This document shows positions 47,520 through 61,020 of a DNA stretch of 64,000 nt, in pieces (within the stretch, counting starts at the first letter, position 1; each line of letters begins with the position of its first letter). A program made the position numbers and the translations under genes. Source of the stretch: Schmidtea nova (Eukaryota); assembly GCA_044892505.1 (NCBI GenBank), contig CM097882.1, positions 542,686,001 through 542,750,000 on the forward strand. The letters run 5' to 3'. The notes under the pieces are model-generated. The model made no database searches and was not told the origin of the DNA. It saw nothing but the letters and a program-made list of their open reading frames with translations.

Positions 47520-48337
47520 TCACCAGTTTGGAGGAAAGGAAGTGTACACATTATGCTGTCATTAGAAAAGAGATGAGAACTATTAAGAAATTGAATTTTA
47601 ATCGAAATTCAGCAAATTGTTAAATTTATGTTTTCAATAAAGTTTCATTACAGTTGAGTTTAAGTTTCTTGATATAACAAAAGTAGTTATTTGAAAATAC
47701 GTCTTACCGAAATTCATTTGAAATCCAACTAAATTGTGATAATATTTCTTTAAAAAATAAATTTCAATAAAAAAGAGCTAAATATTTACAAACGTTTTTT
47801 ATTAGAATATGCTAAACACATTTTTACAGGTCCATAAATAAATCGGGGTAGTCAGGTAAGTTAGTAAATTATTTTGAGGCCAAACTATGATTTTACAAGT
47901 AATAATCTAAAAATAAATAAAAAAAAATAAAATGGTAAAAAAAATTATTAATAAAATTTTGATCGTCTATTTTATATATTTATAGATTTCTTTAGAAATA
48001 AAGATAATTTATAACATCAAAACTTTTAACGCTGAAAGATAATTTTCAGATCAAATTAATATTTTAATTGAACAATTTGATTCAATATGTTCTTACGAAT
48101 TGCGACTTTTTTAATTTTTAATTTTTTTTTATAATTTCTCAAATATTGAAATTTCATTTCATCGAATAATCAGTTCTGGGCTTTTTGGAGCTGTAGGCGT
48201 TTATCAGGCTGGAAATAAAATTCCTTTTAAATTTGGAAACAAAACAAAATGGAAAAATTTTGTCCTCAATTTATTTTGCTAATGACGATAATGATGATGA
48301 TAACAATAAAAATAATAATAATAATAAACATAATAAT

Positions 48338-48382
<45 letters not shown>

Positions 48383-48537
48383 TGGCCCGCTTTGTAAAAT
48401 ATTAAAAAAGTAATTAAATAAAAATAAAATGGTAAAAGGCGGGGCTTGATACTGTGAGAGATTGTGGGCGATCCTGGAAGTCTGAAGCCGGCAAACGGTC
48501 TTATCGAAATCTATATAAATCATATATGATATAGCAT

Positions 48538-48849
48538 ATGCACCACAACATGGGCGGTGCAATTGAAATTCATTCTTCTATTAAATCTGTGATACATTCA
48601 CTCGTCGGATCAGTTGTAATCAATGTTGTTGAAGGATCGGCACTCGGCGCATTATACAAAATGGATAATTATCTTCACAGCAGACCATGTGTTTTCAAAT
48701 CACTATTTCATCAGCATTCCAACTCTCGGACTATAGACTTAATCGATTCACCGATTTCTTTAAGTGCTCATCAATTGTCTCCTGAATTATATTACAATTT
48801 CAACAGTGCGCCACAACCCCATAGTGGACGGAGAGAATATCAGGACTAA
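48538..48849 (+). CDS. Hypothetical 103-aa ORF in cassette 1
   Basis: Open frame starting at the position occupied by the TRAF-like ORF in cassette 2. No family recognised. Confidence 0.3.
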   Translation: MHHNMGGAIEIHSSIKSVIHSLVGSVVINVVEGSALGALYKMDNYLHSRPCVFKSLFHQHSNSRTIDLIDSPISLSAHQLSPELYYNFNSAPQPHSGRREYQD

Positions 48850-49338
48850 TTCCAATTGTGATTTTGATTTTGTGGTAATTGGGATTGAGAACGATTGTTT
48901 GTTTTGTGATTTTGTGATTTAGAATTTTGTTTTTGAAAATTTACATAATAATTGTGAATTAGAGAATTTTTGTAATTTTGTAATTTTATATTTTTTTGTT
49001 AAAGTAGAAAAATTAAGTTTAATTTTAGTAATGATTGAGAATTTTTATATTTGAATTATGGAAAAATTTTTATATATTTGATTTAAAGTAGAAAATTTAG
49101 GTTTTGGTGTTTTAAATAATTTTTTGTAAATTGGTGGGTAATTTAGTTGTTTAAATAATGATGTTGTAATATATGGATTTTGAATTTTGCTTTATGGAAG
49201 ATTTATTGATTTAAATTGGTAATTTGATTAGGAATAGATGCTTTTCAAATTGGGCTTTATTTAATTGGATTGGATTTCGGAATTTTGTTTGGAAATAAAT
49301 GGATAAAAGCTTGTAATTTGAATTTTGTTAAAATTATT

Positions 49339-49900
49339 ATGGCTCGAAGATATGAAACTAGAACAACTATTTTGTCACTAGAAGGTCGTTTATATCAGTT
49401 TGAATATGCAATTGAAGCTGTAGGGCTGGCACTTGCTTGGGAATGGTACCAAAAGACGATGAAACAATTTTCTCCGAGAAGATTTACAAAATCAAAGATG
49501 ATATTTCATGTGCAGTGGCTGGGATTACATCGGATGTTAACATTTTATTGGATAAATGCGACTGAATGCTCAACGTCATTTGCTAACTTTGCAAGAACCA
49601 ATTCCAGTTGATCAATTGGTAATGCAGATTTGTGATTTAATGCACACCTACACAATGTATGCTGGCCGACGGCCTTATGTAGTCTCTATGCTCTTTATTG
49701 GATGGGATAAAGAATACGGCTATCAGTTGTTCCAGTCAGATCCATCTGATAATTTTGTCGGGTGGAAGGCCACTTGTATTTGTTCGAATTCGGCTGTGGC
49801 TTCCTCCATTCTAGAACAGGAATACGATATTGATAAACTTGACGTGGAAAGCGGCTTACAGCTCTGTGTTAAAATTCTTTATAAAGAGATGACAGCTGAC
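49339..49900 (+). pseudogene. PSMA4: 20S proteasome alpha-3 (PSMA4-like) pseudogene, intronless, frameshifted
   Basis: [27 protein letters not shown]; [52 protein letters not shown]. Confidence 0.9.
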
Positions 49901-51604
49901 ACTGAACGCTATGAAAGGATCAAGAAAATCAGAAGAACCCGGCCGAAATCAATAATAATAATAATAATAACCTTTAACAAATTAAAAGTTTTTCAAGTTA
50001 TTAGTGAAATACGAAAATTCGAAGAATTTATTTAGCTCATGATAAATTAAAATTCTAAAAGTTGTTTTAGAAGTTGATGAAATAAAACTGACGTAAAACC
50101 TGAAATTACGGTAAACAAATCTAAACAGACAAAATATTTTACAAAAATTATTACACCTTAGTACGGAGAAGTGAGTGGTCTGACACAAGCCATTTATCCC
50201 TAAACTATAAAAATTACGAATTAATTATACAGTGAACCCCTAACCCCCGAAAGTTATACAGTATTAAAAATCACTGCATGTGTTACGAAAGCATTTTATA
50301 ATACTTTTTTTTATGTAATCGATGACATGATACTAAAAATGTTTAATTTAATTTTTATAATTTTCTTTCAAAAATATAAAATTAATTAATTTTTTCAAAG
50401 ATTTTTAAAATGGTCAGAAATGTAAATGGTCACCATCCTACTCAGAACTGAATAGCGATCAAAAAGAGTAAGAAAGTAAAAATATTAAAAATTTGTCTCA
50501 TCCGACCAAATTACACACGTACAAAAGGCTGACTCTGGAAATTTTCAAAAATTAAAAAAATGGTCAGAATTCAATAGTTTATATACCAATCTACTGAGAA
50601 TTGGTCTGGTATTTTTGTATAGAATTTTTAACTCTCAGATTTTTCTTGGGTAAAAAATGACTTTGATATTTTCTATAGGCAATTTTGGTATGGGTTTTTC
50701 TATTGGAATTTTTGCTCTGGTTTTTTCGTATAACATTTTCAACTCTCAGATTTTTCTCAGGCAAAAAGATGATCTGGTATTTTTGAACAGGGATTTTTGG
50801 TCCTTTTATTTCGAATAGAGAATTTGCTTCCAGTATTTAGTACATGATTTTCTACTCTCACAGTTTCTTCAGACAAAATGGTAATCTGGTAATTTTGAAC
50901 TGGAATTTTTTAATAGAGACACGTGTAAATATTTTGAACAAGTAAAATAGATTTAAAATATTTTATATAGGATTTTTTACTCTCACAATTTCTTAAGACA
51001 AAAAGAGAATCTGGTATTTTTGTACAGAATTTTCTACTTTCGCAAATATGTACAGGCAAAAAGGGTCGACTCTGGTAATTGTGAACTGAAATTTTAAAGT
51101 ACTTAATTTAAGAAAAGCTGTATTAAACATGGGGGTAAACTAAAAATGTTTGAATAGACAATAAAGCATGGAGAATTTTACAAAGACAAAATGATAACAT
51201 AATATTTAAAAAGTAATGAAAATGGTAAAATAAGGTAAGCTCAGAGTTTGAAATGACAATGTAAATTTTTTTAAAAATAAGTACTAATTTTTTTGGGTAA
51301 ATTTGAGAGTGTGTTAAATTTAAAAAACAAATTTCAAGTAAATTATTTTAAATTAAAATTATTATGAATTTTTGTATTCAGATATAAAAGTACTAAATTT
51401 ATGAAATATGTGGCTAAATTTAACTATAAAAACGGAGAATTTTACAAAGAGTGGTCGCGCCCGCTTTTAAAATATTTTTGGAAAATTAATTAAATAGTAT
51501 TTAAAATAATTAATTGCGGAGCTTGATTGCTGTGAGAGAATGTGGAGCAAGCCGGAAGCCGTTAGACGGTTTTATCGAAATATATATAAATCTTATATGA
51601 TGAA

Positions 51605-52300
51605 ATGTCATCTTTGCTTAATAATTTACCAGACAATATCAAAAGGTACAGAAGACGGTCTTTTACCTTCAACTTGACCGATAACCTGAAATGTGTCATT
51701 TGTTCTCAACTTCTTTTAAGTGCAATGCAAACTGATTGCGGTTGCCGATATTGTCAGGAGTGCATTGAGGAACATCTAGCCAACAATGGACCATGTCTAA
51801 CAAAAGGCTGTTCAGCAATCATCTCCACAATGCCTGACAACGCAATCAATAAGGAAATCGGCAAGCTCATTGTTAAATGTTTGTATAACGAATGCGTTCA
51901 TAAAGAAATGCTAAAAGATATAGGAAACCATTTGGATAATTGTCAATACAAGTCGTTAGTCTGTACAAAATGCAAAATAGAAATACCCGGGAAAACGTTA
52001 CCGGAACACGTGCTGAAAGAGTGTGTCAAAAGGATTGTCAAATGTGAGCATTATGAATGTAGAATGGAATATGAAACATTGATCAACATTCATTTGACTT
52101 CATTTTCTGAAAATATCTGCCCGAATTTTGTTGCCAAGTGTCCATAAGAATCCGATTTTGGCGCAGCTGTAAATTTACTGGCCCATCGAAAAGAATGTTC
52201 CAAGAAACCAATTACGTGTCCGTTGGCAGAATTCGGTTGCAGTAAAATTATGACGATGAGGATGCATTTAGTCACGTCTGTGTGCGCAGTGGTGTTGTAG
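51605..52300 (+). CDS. TRAF-like RING plus TRAF-type zinc fingers, no MATH domain; stop at 52145-52147 with similarity continuing ~50 codons
   Basis: CVICSQLL..AMQTDCGCRYCQEC; IVKCLYNEC..HLDNC; CTKC..H...EC; CPLAEFGC. Confidence 0.8.
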
Positions 52301-52562
52301 GGACAATTTTTATGTGGCTGGATTGGTGTGTGCACACAAACGCGAGGTTCAATTCGACTTGGAGGAAAATAAATCAATTGGGTTTTCGGTTAAAAACCTT
52401 TGAGACATTATTGATTTGTTTTACTGTGGGAGTTAATTGGTTTTTATTGGCGGGTTTTCGATTTTTGTTTCGTTTTGTGGTTTTTTGGGAAGTAACTTTT
52501 GGAATTTTGGACATTTTCGTTGTGGAATTTTTAATACTTGAATTATTATTTAATAAATTAAA

Positions 52563-53130
52563 ATGTCTTTGGGCTCGATTGTTTTTGATCGTTATATGAC
52601 TATTTCTTCACCCGAAGACAGATTATTTCAGGTTGAATATGCATTTAAAGCGATTGCGTTAGATGGATTACTTTCTGTTGGTGTTCGAGATAATCATTGT
52701 GGCGTAGTTGCTATACAAAGAAAAGTCCCAGATAAAATGATTGAAAAGAGTTCAGCTACAAGATTATTTAATATAACTGAAAGGACCGGTATGATTCCTG
52801 ATTGCAGATCGCAAGTATGCAGTGCACAAATATAAGATGCACGATTTAAATGCAAAATTGGTTACGAAAAGTCTTGTGACATGATTTGTCTATGTATTGC
52901 CGATATTAATCAATTGTACACTCAATCAGCTGCAATGATGCCATTAGGCTGTTCAATGATCGCATTTTCTTATGATAAGGAGATGGATAAGCCACTGTTA
53001 TTCAAAACCGGTCGTCGAGCTGTTACAGTCGGTTGAAAAGAGTTGGAAGCTAAAAGCTATGAGGAAAAGAATCTTCGTAAAAATACAGAATTATCAACTG
53101 ATGAGGCTTTTGAATTAGCAATCAATTCTG
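52563..53130 (+). pseudogene. PSMA6: 20S proteasome alpha-1 (PSMA6-like) pseudogene, intronless
   Basis: FDRYMTISSPEDRLFQVEYAFKAI; QRKVPDK; IADINQLYTQSAAMMPLGCSMI; stops and deletions. Confidence 0.9.
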
Positions 53131-56100
53131 AGCTTCTAATCAACGCCAGGACACTTTTAGAGGATCCTCGTCAAATGGAAATCAATCGGAGCTGGACGCG
53201 GCCAACCAAAGAGAATAATAACATAATATTTAAAAATTAATAAAAAAGATAAAATATGGCAAACTCAGAGTTGAAATGATATAATATGAAATTTTTAAAA
53301 ATAAGTACTAAATTATTTTGGGAAATCTGAGAGTGGGTAAAATTTTAAAAAACTAATTTCAAGTAAATTATTTTATTTAAATTATTTTAAAGTAAAATTA
53401 TTATAAATTTTTGTACTAAAACTTAAAAGTAATAAATTTATGAAACATGTGGTTAAATTAACAAAGACAAATCATGGATAATGTTACAAAGACAAAATAA
53501 TGAATAAATATTTAAAAAGTAATGAAGAGTAAAATAAAGCAAGCTCAGATTTGAAAATGACATAATATTTAGAAATTTTAAAATGAACTATAAGCAAAGT
53601 AATTTAATGACATAATATCAAAAATAAGTACTAATGTTTGGGAAATCTAAATAATTCAAGTGATGTATTAATTAAATATTCAAATTTCTTTAGTAATTCC
53701 CCGACAACTGTAATTAATACCGAATATGCTAATTTCCGAAGAAATTTGAATATTTAAATAATACATTATATGAATTTTTTAAATATTTAATTAATTTTAA
53801 TTTTAAACACAAAATTAGCTATTAAAACAAAATCAATTTAGAATAATTATGAAAATAAAAATTAATCACTTTTTAATAAAAAAATAACAATTTTAAGTAC
53901 TGAATGGGGAAAATATCGTTGGTAATTTCATTGAATGAGAGGAAATTCAAGTGAGAAACTACATTAAAAATAGGGGATTTCTTATAATTCATTGTATTCA
54001 ATCAATTCATTGAAAACATTTAAAGAGGAAAATAAAACTTTGATGGAACATTTATTCGAATGATAAATTTCTTAAGGAAAATATCATTCATATTGATAAT
54101 ATATGTAGTGAAAATACACAAAGTTTTAAATTCATTCAGAATTCTACTGAAAATAGGTTTATTCATTGAAAATGGGATAGTCAATTAAAAATGGATTAAT
54201 CTATTGAAAAAGAGACAAAGTAGATGACGAAAACCACTCGTTTATTGTTTTGACTCTTCAAAGCATCTTGTTACAATAAATATTTTCATCCGTTAACAAG
54301 ATATTTCAAAGACAATCTCCGATATTGTTATCATAATATTCAGTAACAGAACCTTCCTAGTAGAACCTTTAGTAGCAAAACCTCTTTTGTGATGGTTTTG
54401 TCTGTAAAGGTTTCATACTGTATATTTTTACTCATACGACTATTGTTACATTTTAGTAAATTTTATCTGGTAACAGAATCTTTCTAGCCGAACCTTTATT
54501 AACAGAACGTTTTTTGTGATGGTTTTTTCCTGCAAAAGCTTCATATTGTATTTTCACTCATATACTATTATTAGTAGATTTTTAATATATTTTTAATATC
54601 AAATATCAGAACCTTTCTAACAGAACCCAAGTATCAGAACCTTGGTATGAAAAGTGTGAATTAATGAAAGAACTAGTTATTGAATGAATGATTTCTTCGA
54701 GAAAAGTGATTATTTTCAATGAATGTATTGATCTTTGTGAATATATTTGAGATATTTGATTGGTTAATTATTTAAAAAACTGAGTGAATTGGCAAGTTGA
54801 ATCTAATTAAATTGAATCTACTAAAAAAAGAGTAATCTGTTTAAATTTGTGAATCATCAATGGATATATGATTCAAATGGAGCTAAAATGAGAGAAATCT
54901 GTTCAAAAGTAGTAATCCAAAAGAAAGGTAATATAATAGTAAATTGTTAATTTTTCCATTGGGAAATATCATGAAAATGGGTGAAATCTAGAATTTCAGA
55001 GAATTGTTTGTAATAACTTTGAATTCATATCCTTTAAATTAACAGAGTGAATATTTACCTGAATCAATTTGAACATTTAATAAGTATCAAGAACTGATGT
55101 ATTTTAATTAGAAATCCATAAAAAGTTTACTAGCTGGTTATATTATCATTTTAATACGTTTAACTAGTTAGTGGGGATTTTATAATTATTTTTAAAATAA
55201 TTATACATGTTTTGATTTGGTTTTCAAGTGACAAATTAGAGGGCAATGATTTCAATTAATCTTTGTTTAAAAATAATTTGTATTTTAAATATATTCTAAA
55301 TGTTAAAAACTTTATTTAATAAAAGATTTCATTTTAACAACGTGATTATCTCTATACTATTTTCAAATATTTTATTCCAAATGAAGCGTATGTAATAAGT
55401 AGTATATTTATATAATACAAATGGGTTTTTAAGAAGTTTGTTGAGCCCATCAGTGTCTCCTGTAAAAACTGTCTCGGGACTGCAGGGATGCTTGGTATGT
55501 TTTATTTATGTGTATGAGTATGAGCTGGGTATATAATTATGGTATTAACAAATAGTATTAACAAATTTAACCCACTCATTAACAAATTTTATTTACTCAA
55601 CGTATATAAAATATTTAAATAACACCTACTCAAGTAAGTAATAAATTAATTTTTATGTCACGAAATATAAAATCAGTTAGTTTTTTGCGAAATTTGCTTT
55701 AATTAACTTTGATTATAAAATTTTGACTTTGTCAGATTTTTTAAGTAGTAATATTTCTTAAAATGTTTTTTTAATACACTACTGTAATTCCAGATAATAT
55801 TAAGTTGATTCATTGACAATTATTTGGTTGAAACTTATTAAGACAGAACAAGTTTGTATATTGACTAGTCGATATCTAGCTATAAGGAACAGATAATTGA
55901 TTGATATGGGAAAGTGAAGATTTATTTGGTTAATACATAGGGTCATTTAGTATCTGATTAGTTGATTTAGAAAATTGATTGCGGATAGAGTCAGTTGGTA
56001 TTTGATCAATAATTTATTTATTAATTAAATTAAATTTTGAAAAATTAAATTAAGTTAAACTAAAATAAAATTATTTTAGTATTATGTCGTCGATTACATA

Positions 56101-59100
56101 ATGAAAAAATGTATTATACAATATATATTCAATGAAGTATTATGTCATCGATTACGTAATATATTATGTGTTATGTACCATATAAAGTATTGCGTAATGC
56201 TTCTGTTATACATATATTCCGTAAAACATACATGCTGTCTAACTTTCAAGAACGTGATGGGGGTCACTGTATAATTATTACATAATTTATACAGTTTAGG
56301 GATAAACTGCTTGTACCAGACCCCTTACTTCTCATACTACCTTACAAAATCAAAATAAATATGAAAATAATTGTTTTTTAAAATTATCTTTGTGCTTCAT
56401 TAAGGTTACTTCTTTCTACTCAATAGGAATAATAAATTATAAGTAAATTTGCAAACTATAAAGAAGTGATGGTCATATCTTATTGCCGTCACAATTTCTT
56501 AACAATTGTAACAAATAAAGTAAAACTTTAAAATATAAAACTATTTACTTTTTTTAGAACTGAATCTATGGACGGTGTGTGTTTGTCTTATCAGTTATGC
56601 TGTATTTATGAAACTGATCATAAATCTATTAAATGACAACTCATGGTTACCTCGTTAAATAGTTTTATAATCTGTAATGAAATTAAACGAAGAAAATAAC
56701 CTTTTATTAATTTATAATTACTTTAGCTGAAGATGCTATTATTGCAGATAGAAGAGTAAAAGCAAAAATGGAGCAGAAAGCAAAAACAATAGACCTTCAA
56801 AAATAAGGTTAAAAAAGAAATGTTGGAAAAAATTTAATTTATAAATGAAAATTTTTGGCAAAGGGATTTGCAAAAGAAGAACCCACGAAAAAGATTTTTG
56901 TGAGGAATGCTCTTAATTTTTTGTTTTTAAATTTTTACTCATTTTTGAGAATAATTTGTAAATAGAGTTTTGATATTAGTAAATTTTTAAAAATCTTTAG
57001 TAACCTAGTATCAGATATAGTTAGGTTCTTTTTTAAATACTTAATTTAAAATTAAAAATACTCATTAAAGTTCACATTTATTACTTTTTCACTTTGCTGA
57101 CAAACGTTTAGTGGTTCTCTTCCTGATATTTTACAGTTTTATCTAATTTTATAAATCATTATTTTCTTTTTATAAGTTGCTAGTTTTAATTTCACAATGA
57201 TTAGTAATGAATTTTTTTCTTTTTTCTTTAATGTATTGTTACCAATTTGTAGTTTAAATATACAAATGCATTTTGTTTATCACTTTTACAAATAGTGAAA
57301 TATGAATAAATTGGATAATTTTAAACTTTTATTATTTAAAAAATCAACTATTTAATTTCAATTGCTTACTGTGATTGTTTGTTTTTATATGTTAATTGTC
57401 TAATATAATGTCTAAACTTGTGAAAATTGAAATTTTATATTATTACTAGCTGTAACCCGTGATAAATTATGTGATGTACCGACACAATTCAACTTTTATA
57501 ACTCTAGGTCCGAAAAATGTAATTAAAATTTTTCTTTTATAATATTTCTTAAAAATAATATTATGGAAAAGTCACGCGCATACGGATATGAATAAAATAA
57601 TCCAAAATTTATTTCTTACAATAATCAGTAGATAATAATATTTTAATATAGTATAGAATAATTTAAATAATATAATACAGAAGTTACGGATATAGAATGG
57701 TAATTATATTGTTTGATTATTTAAAATAATACACTTTTATAATTAATTGTATATTATATTTTAGCTGAACATATCTTACTGAAGATTATGATTTTTTATT
57801 TATTGTGTAATACTTTTATTTGTATTATAATATGAGTAAAAAATAATAATACTTTAATTTTTTACAAAAAATTAAAAAGATATTATGAAAATTTAAAAAA
57901 AATATTTTATCTAAACAAACGTTAGTGAAGATTTTTATTTTTTATTTTTAAAACACTGTATTATTTTTAAATGGTTTTAAAGTTATTTTTCCTCAATGTC
58001 CATTGTAACTTGGCTGTACTCCTGCCTCATGATAAACTTGCGGTAGCTGACACATAAGGCCAATTTATTTGTGTAATTTATTACAACTTGTTGCAATATT
58101 ATGGTAACACTGTATTTAGATATTGGGATTAATAAACTTAATCATTCCTTTTAATTAATTCTTTTAACTCTAACCAAATAAAATCTAATCAAATAAAATT
58201 TACAATTTCCTAAAATTACAATATAAAGATTTCAAGCATTATTTTAAGGAAATCCAAATGTGTACTGATATAAAATTATTTTTATAAGTATCATTTATAA
58301 ATCCAACTTAATTATTAATTCAATTTTAATTTAATTGATAATAAAAATTTATTTTCAATTTTTTCAGTGAACAGATCAAAATCCTCTTTATATTTATTCA
58401 AAACAAATTTTCAGCACTGACTTTATTAAGCGCTTTTTTAATTAGCACCTAAAAGAGGCACTGCTGATAATCTTTAGTGAATACGAGGTCTGAAAAAAGA
58501 AAAAGAAAAAAGATAATTTAAACGAAATTAAAAAATAAATTTTATAGACGACTAAGAGTAAATGGAAGTAAAATGTAAATTTATGAAACATAAACTGTGG
58601 GTCAGTGAGAAATTGCGGTAAAATGTTTATAAATAAATGTTTAGCGGTGATAAATAAAGAACTACATTTTGTGTAGAATATAAAGTGCAAAATTCGAATT
58701 TTGTTTGTATTGATGATAGTGACTAATTAAGACAAAAATATTAACAAAACAAGTGACATCCATGATTACTGTATTTTTACATGTTCAGTGCATCGGCCGG
58801 GTATTTCGGATTTCACCTGTGAAATAAATATGGAAACTGAGTGATAATTTTAGTATAATGAATAAATAATTGGTTTTTAATTAGTTTTCTTTTTAGGTTT
58901 CACGGGTCTTTAAATTGTTTGGCAGATTTCTAATGATTTCCTGTTATTTTAATATGATTCATACTCCCGATCAATTCAATTTGTAGTGAAATAATTATTA
59001 AAAACAACATTTAATATCATTCTTCCATTCCATTAATTTTAGAAAATTTTGCATTGTTTCTATTTCTTAAACATGGAATAACATATATGAAGTTTTAAGG

Positions 59101-59289
59101 TTACAAAGAAAGCTAAANNNNNNNNNNNNNNNNNNNNNNNNNNNNNNNNNNNNNNNNNNNNNNNNNNNNNNNNNNNNNNNNNNNNNNNNNNNNNNNNNNN
59201 NNNNNNNNNNNNNNNNNNNNNNNNNNNNNNNNNNNNNNNNNNNNNNNNNNNNNNNNNNNNNNNNNNNNNNNNNNNNNNNNNNNNNNTAA

Positions 59290-61020
59290 ATTTCTAATAA
59301 TTTTTAAAAGTTTCGGATAAATGTTGTTTAAATATTAAGCTTGTTTACAATTTTAATTTATTTAAATTAAATATCCATATGGCTAGAAAAAAACAGAAAT
59401 TACAATCCATCAAAAGGCAAAGATTTGTGCAATAAAGGAGTTGAAGAAAATGTCGCTGAGTGAATTGTCTCAAATTATCAGAAGAGGATTAAACCTGGAC
59501 CTAGGCATTTCTACATTATCAGAAATTTTGAAAAATAAAGAGAAATGGGAAAATTGTGAAAGCTCAAACACTTACTCCAGACAATCTTTGAAAATTCATT
59601 CTCTTCTTGAGAATTCATTGATCGAATGGATATGTCGAATAGATGCGATAACTGGTTACTTGACGGATGAAATTATCATTACAAAAGCAAAGGAATTTGG
59701 ACAAAAACTAAATGTTGATGACCTGCAATTCAGGAAATGTTGGATCTATAGATTCAAAATTCGATTTAAACTGAAATTGAAAGTTCTCCACGGAGAAGCA
59801 AATTCAATGAAGGATGGTGATGTTTCAGCCCATAGAACAAAATGGTTGAAAAATTGGCAGGAATTGGCCCAGAAGTTACACTCAATATGGATGAAACTGG
59901 ACTTTTTGTCAATCATTTCCTACAAAAACGATTTCATCAAGTGAAAGAAAAGGCATAAAACAATCTGTAGTTAGAATAATCATAGCTTTATGTTTATATG
60001 CTAGTGGATCAATAAAATTACACCCTTTGTTATTGGACATAGCAAGAACCCAAGATGTTTTAAAGGATTTAATGTTGCAAGTTACTGTAATTACCACGCA
60101 AATTTGAAAACATGGATGACAACCAATTTGTTTAATTGTTTTATGTAGCATTTTGATGATGAACTGAGAAAATACAAAATGAAATTTTATCTACTTCTTG
60201 ATAATGCTGCAAGTCATAACTTGAAAAATTTTTTTCATAACACTGAAGTTATAATGCTTCCGAAGAACTCAACTGCTCATCTTCAACCCATGGATGCAGG
60301 TATAATAAAAGATTTAAAGCATTATTACAGAAAAAAGTTAGTAGTTGATTATATAAACTCGCTTGATCAAACAAAAGCCTTTGTTGTTAATCTTAAAAAA
60401 GCCATATTGATACTCCATGAAGCTTGGAAAGATGTGAAAGAAGAAACCATCAAAAATTGTTTCAAAAAGGTTGTGATTATTCCAGGTCTTCGCGGATCTT
60501 TTGCTGAAGAAAACTTGTCATTAGATCCCGTTCCTGAAACACACAAGAATAGGCTTGACCAAATAATGGTTGAAGAGGATATGATTCAAACATAAGAAGT
60601 CATTGGTGATGATGAAATCATTACACTGTGTCAAGAAGAATACACTATTGAAGATATTGTACTTAGTGCTGAAGATGGTCAGGCCAATGACAGTTACAAC
60701 ATAAGCCCAAGAAATTTATTCCTAGCAACTGAAATTGTCATCAAAGCAAGTTCTTCAAACAGCTCTACTCTTAAAATAGCCAATGATACAGTAAAAAATT
60801 TAAAAGAAGTCAAAGATGATATACAGAAATTCATTCATAAGAAAACTCTACAAAAAACTTTAGATGATTTTTTAAATAAATAATTGTTTTTTTCTTAATA
60901 ATTTCATCATTAATCTGGCGATCAAATAGATTTTAAATTCCTTCATTATCCGAATTAATTCACAATCCGAAAGGAAATCGATTTCTAATTTTTCGGATTC
61001 ATGAATAAATCCGAAAATAT
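59290..61020 (+). mobile_element. Tigger/pogo (CENP-B-related) transposon, decayed
   Basis: HTH ISTLSEILKNKEK; WIYRFKIR; NMDETGLF; LLLDNAASH; LQPMDAGII. Ends are approximate. Confidence 0.88.

Larger units (their letters stand above)
48383..49946 (+). mobile_element. Gene-capture cassette 1: shared 5' terminal region, unknown ORF, proteasome alpha pseudogene; flanked by (AAT)n
   Basis: 48383-48540 is homologous to 51452-51605; ends tggcccg...cggccga. Confidence 0.55.
51452..53204 (+). mobile_element. Gene-capture cassette 2, inserted into a ~280-bp tandem array
   Basis: Short TIR tggtcgcg / cgcggcca; imperfect duplication (a)caaagag on both sides; the interrupted array unit resumes after 53204. 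Confidence 0.65.
50160..56338. mobile_element. 6.2-kb non-autonomous element with AGT...ACT ends, ~200-bp imperfect TIRs and ACCTT TSD
   Basis: Left agtacggagaagtgagtggtctgacacaagc..tttatccctaaact; right (rc) agtatgagaagtaaggggtctggtacaagc..tttatccctaaact; acctt at 50155-50159 and 56339-56343. Confidence 0.75.

Noticed and set aside
57443-57600. actagctgtaacccg resembling a non-autonomous Helitron 5' end
   Set aside because: No matching 3' hairpin-CTRR end identified.
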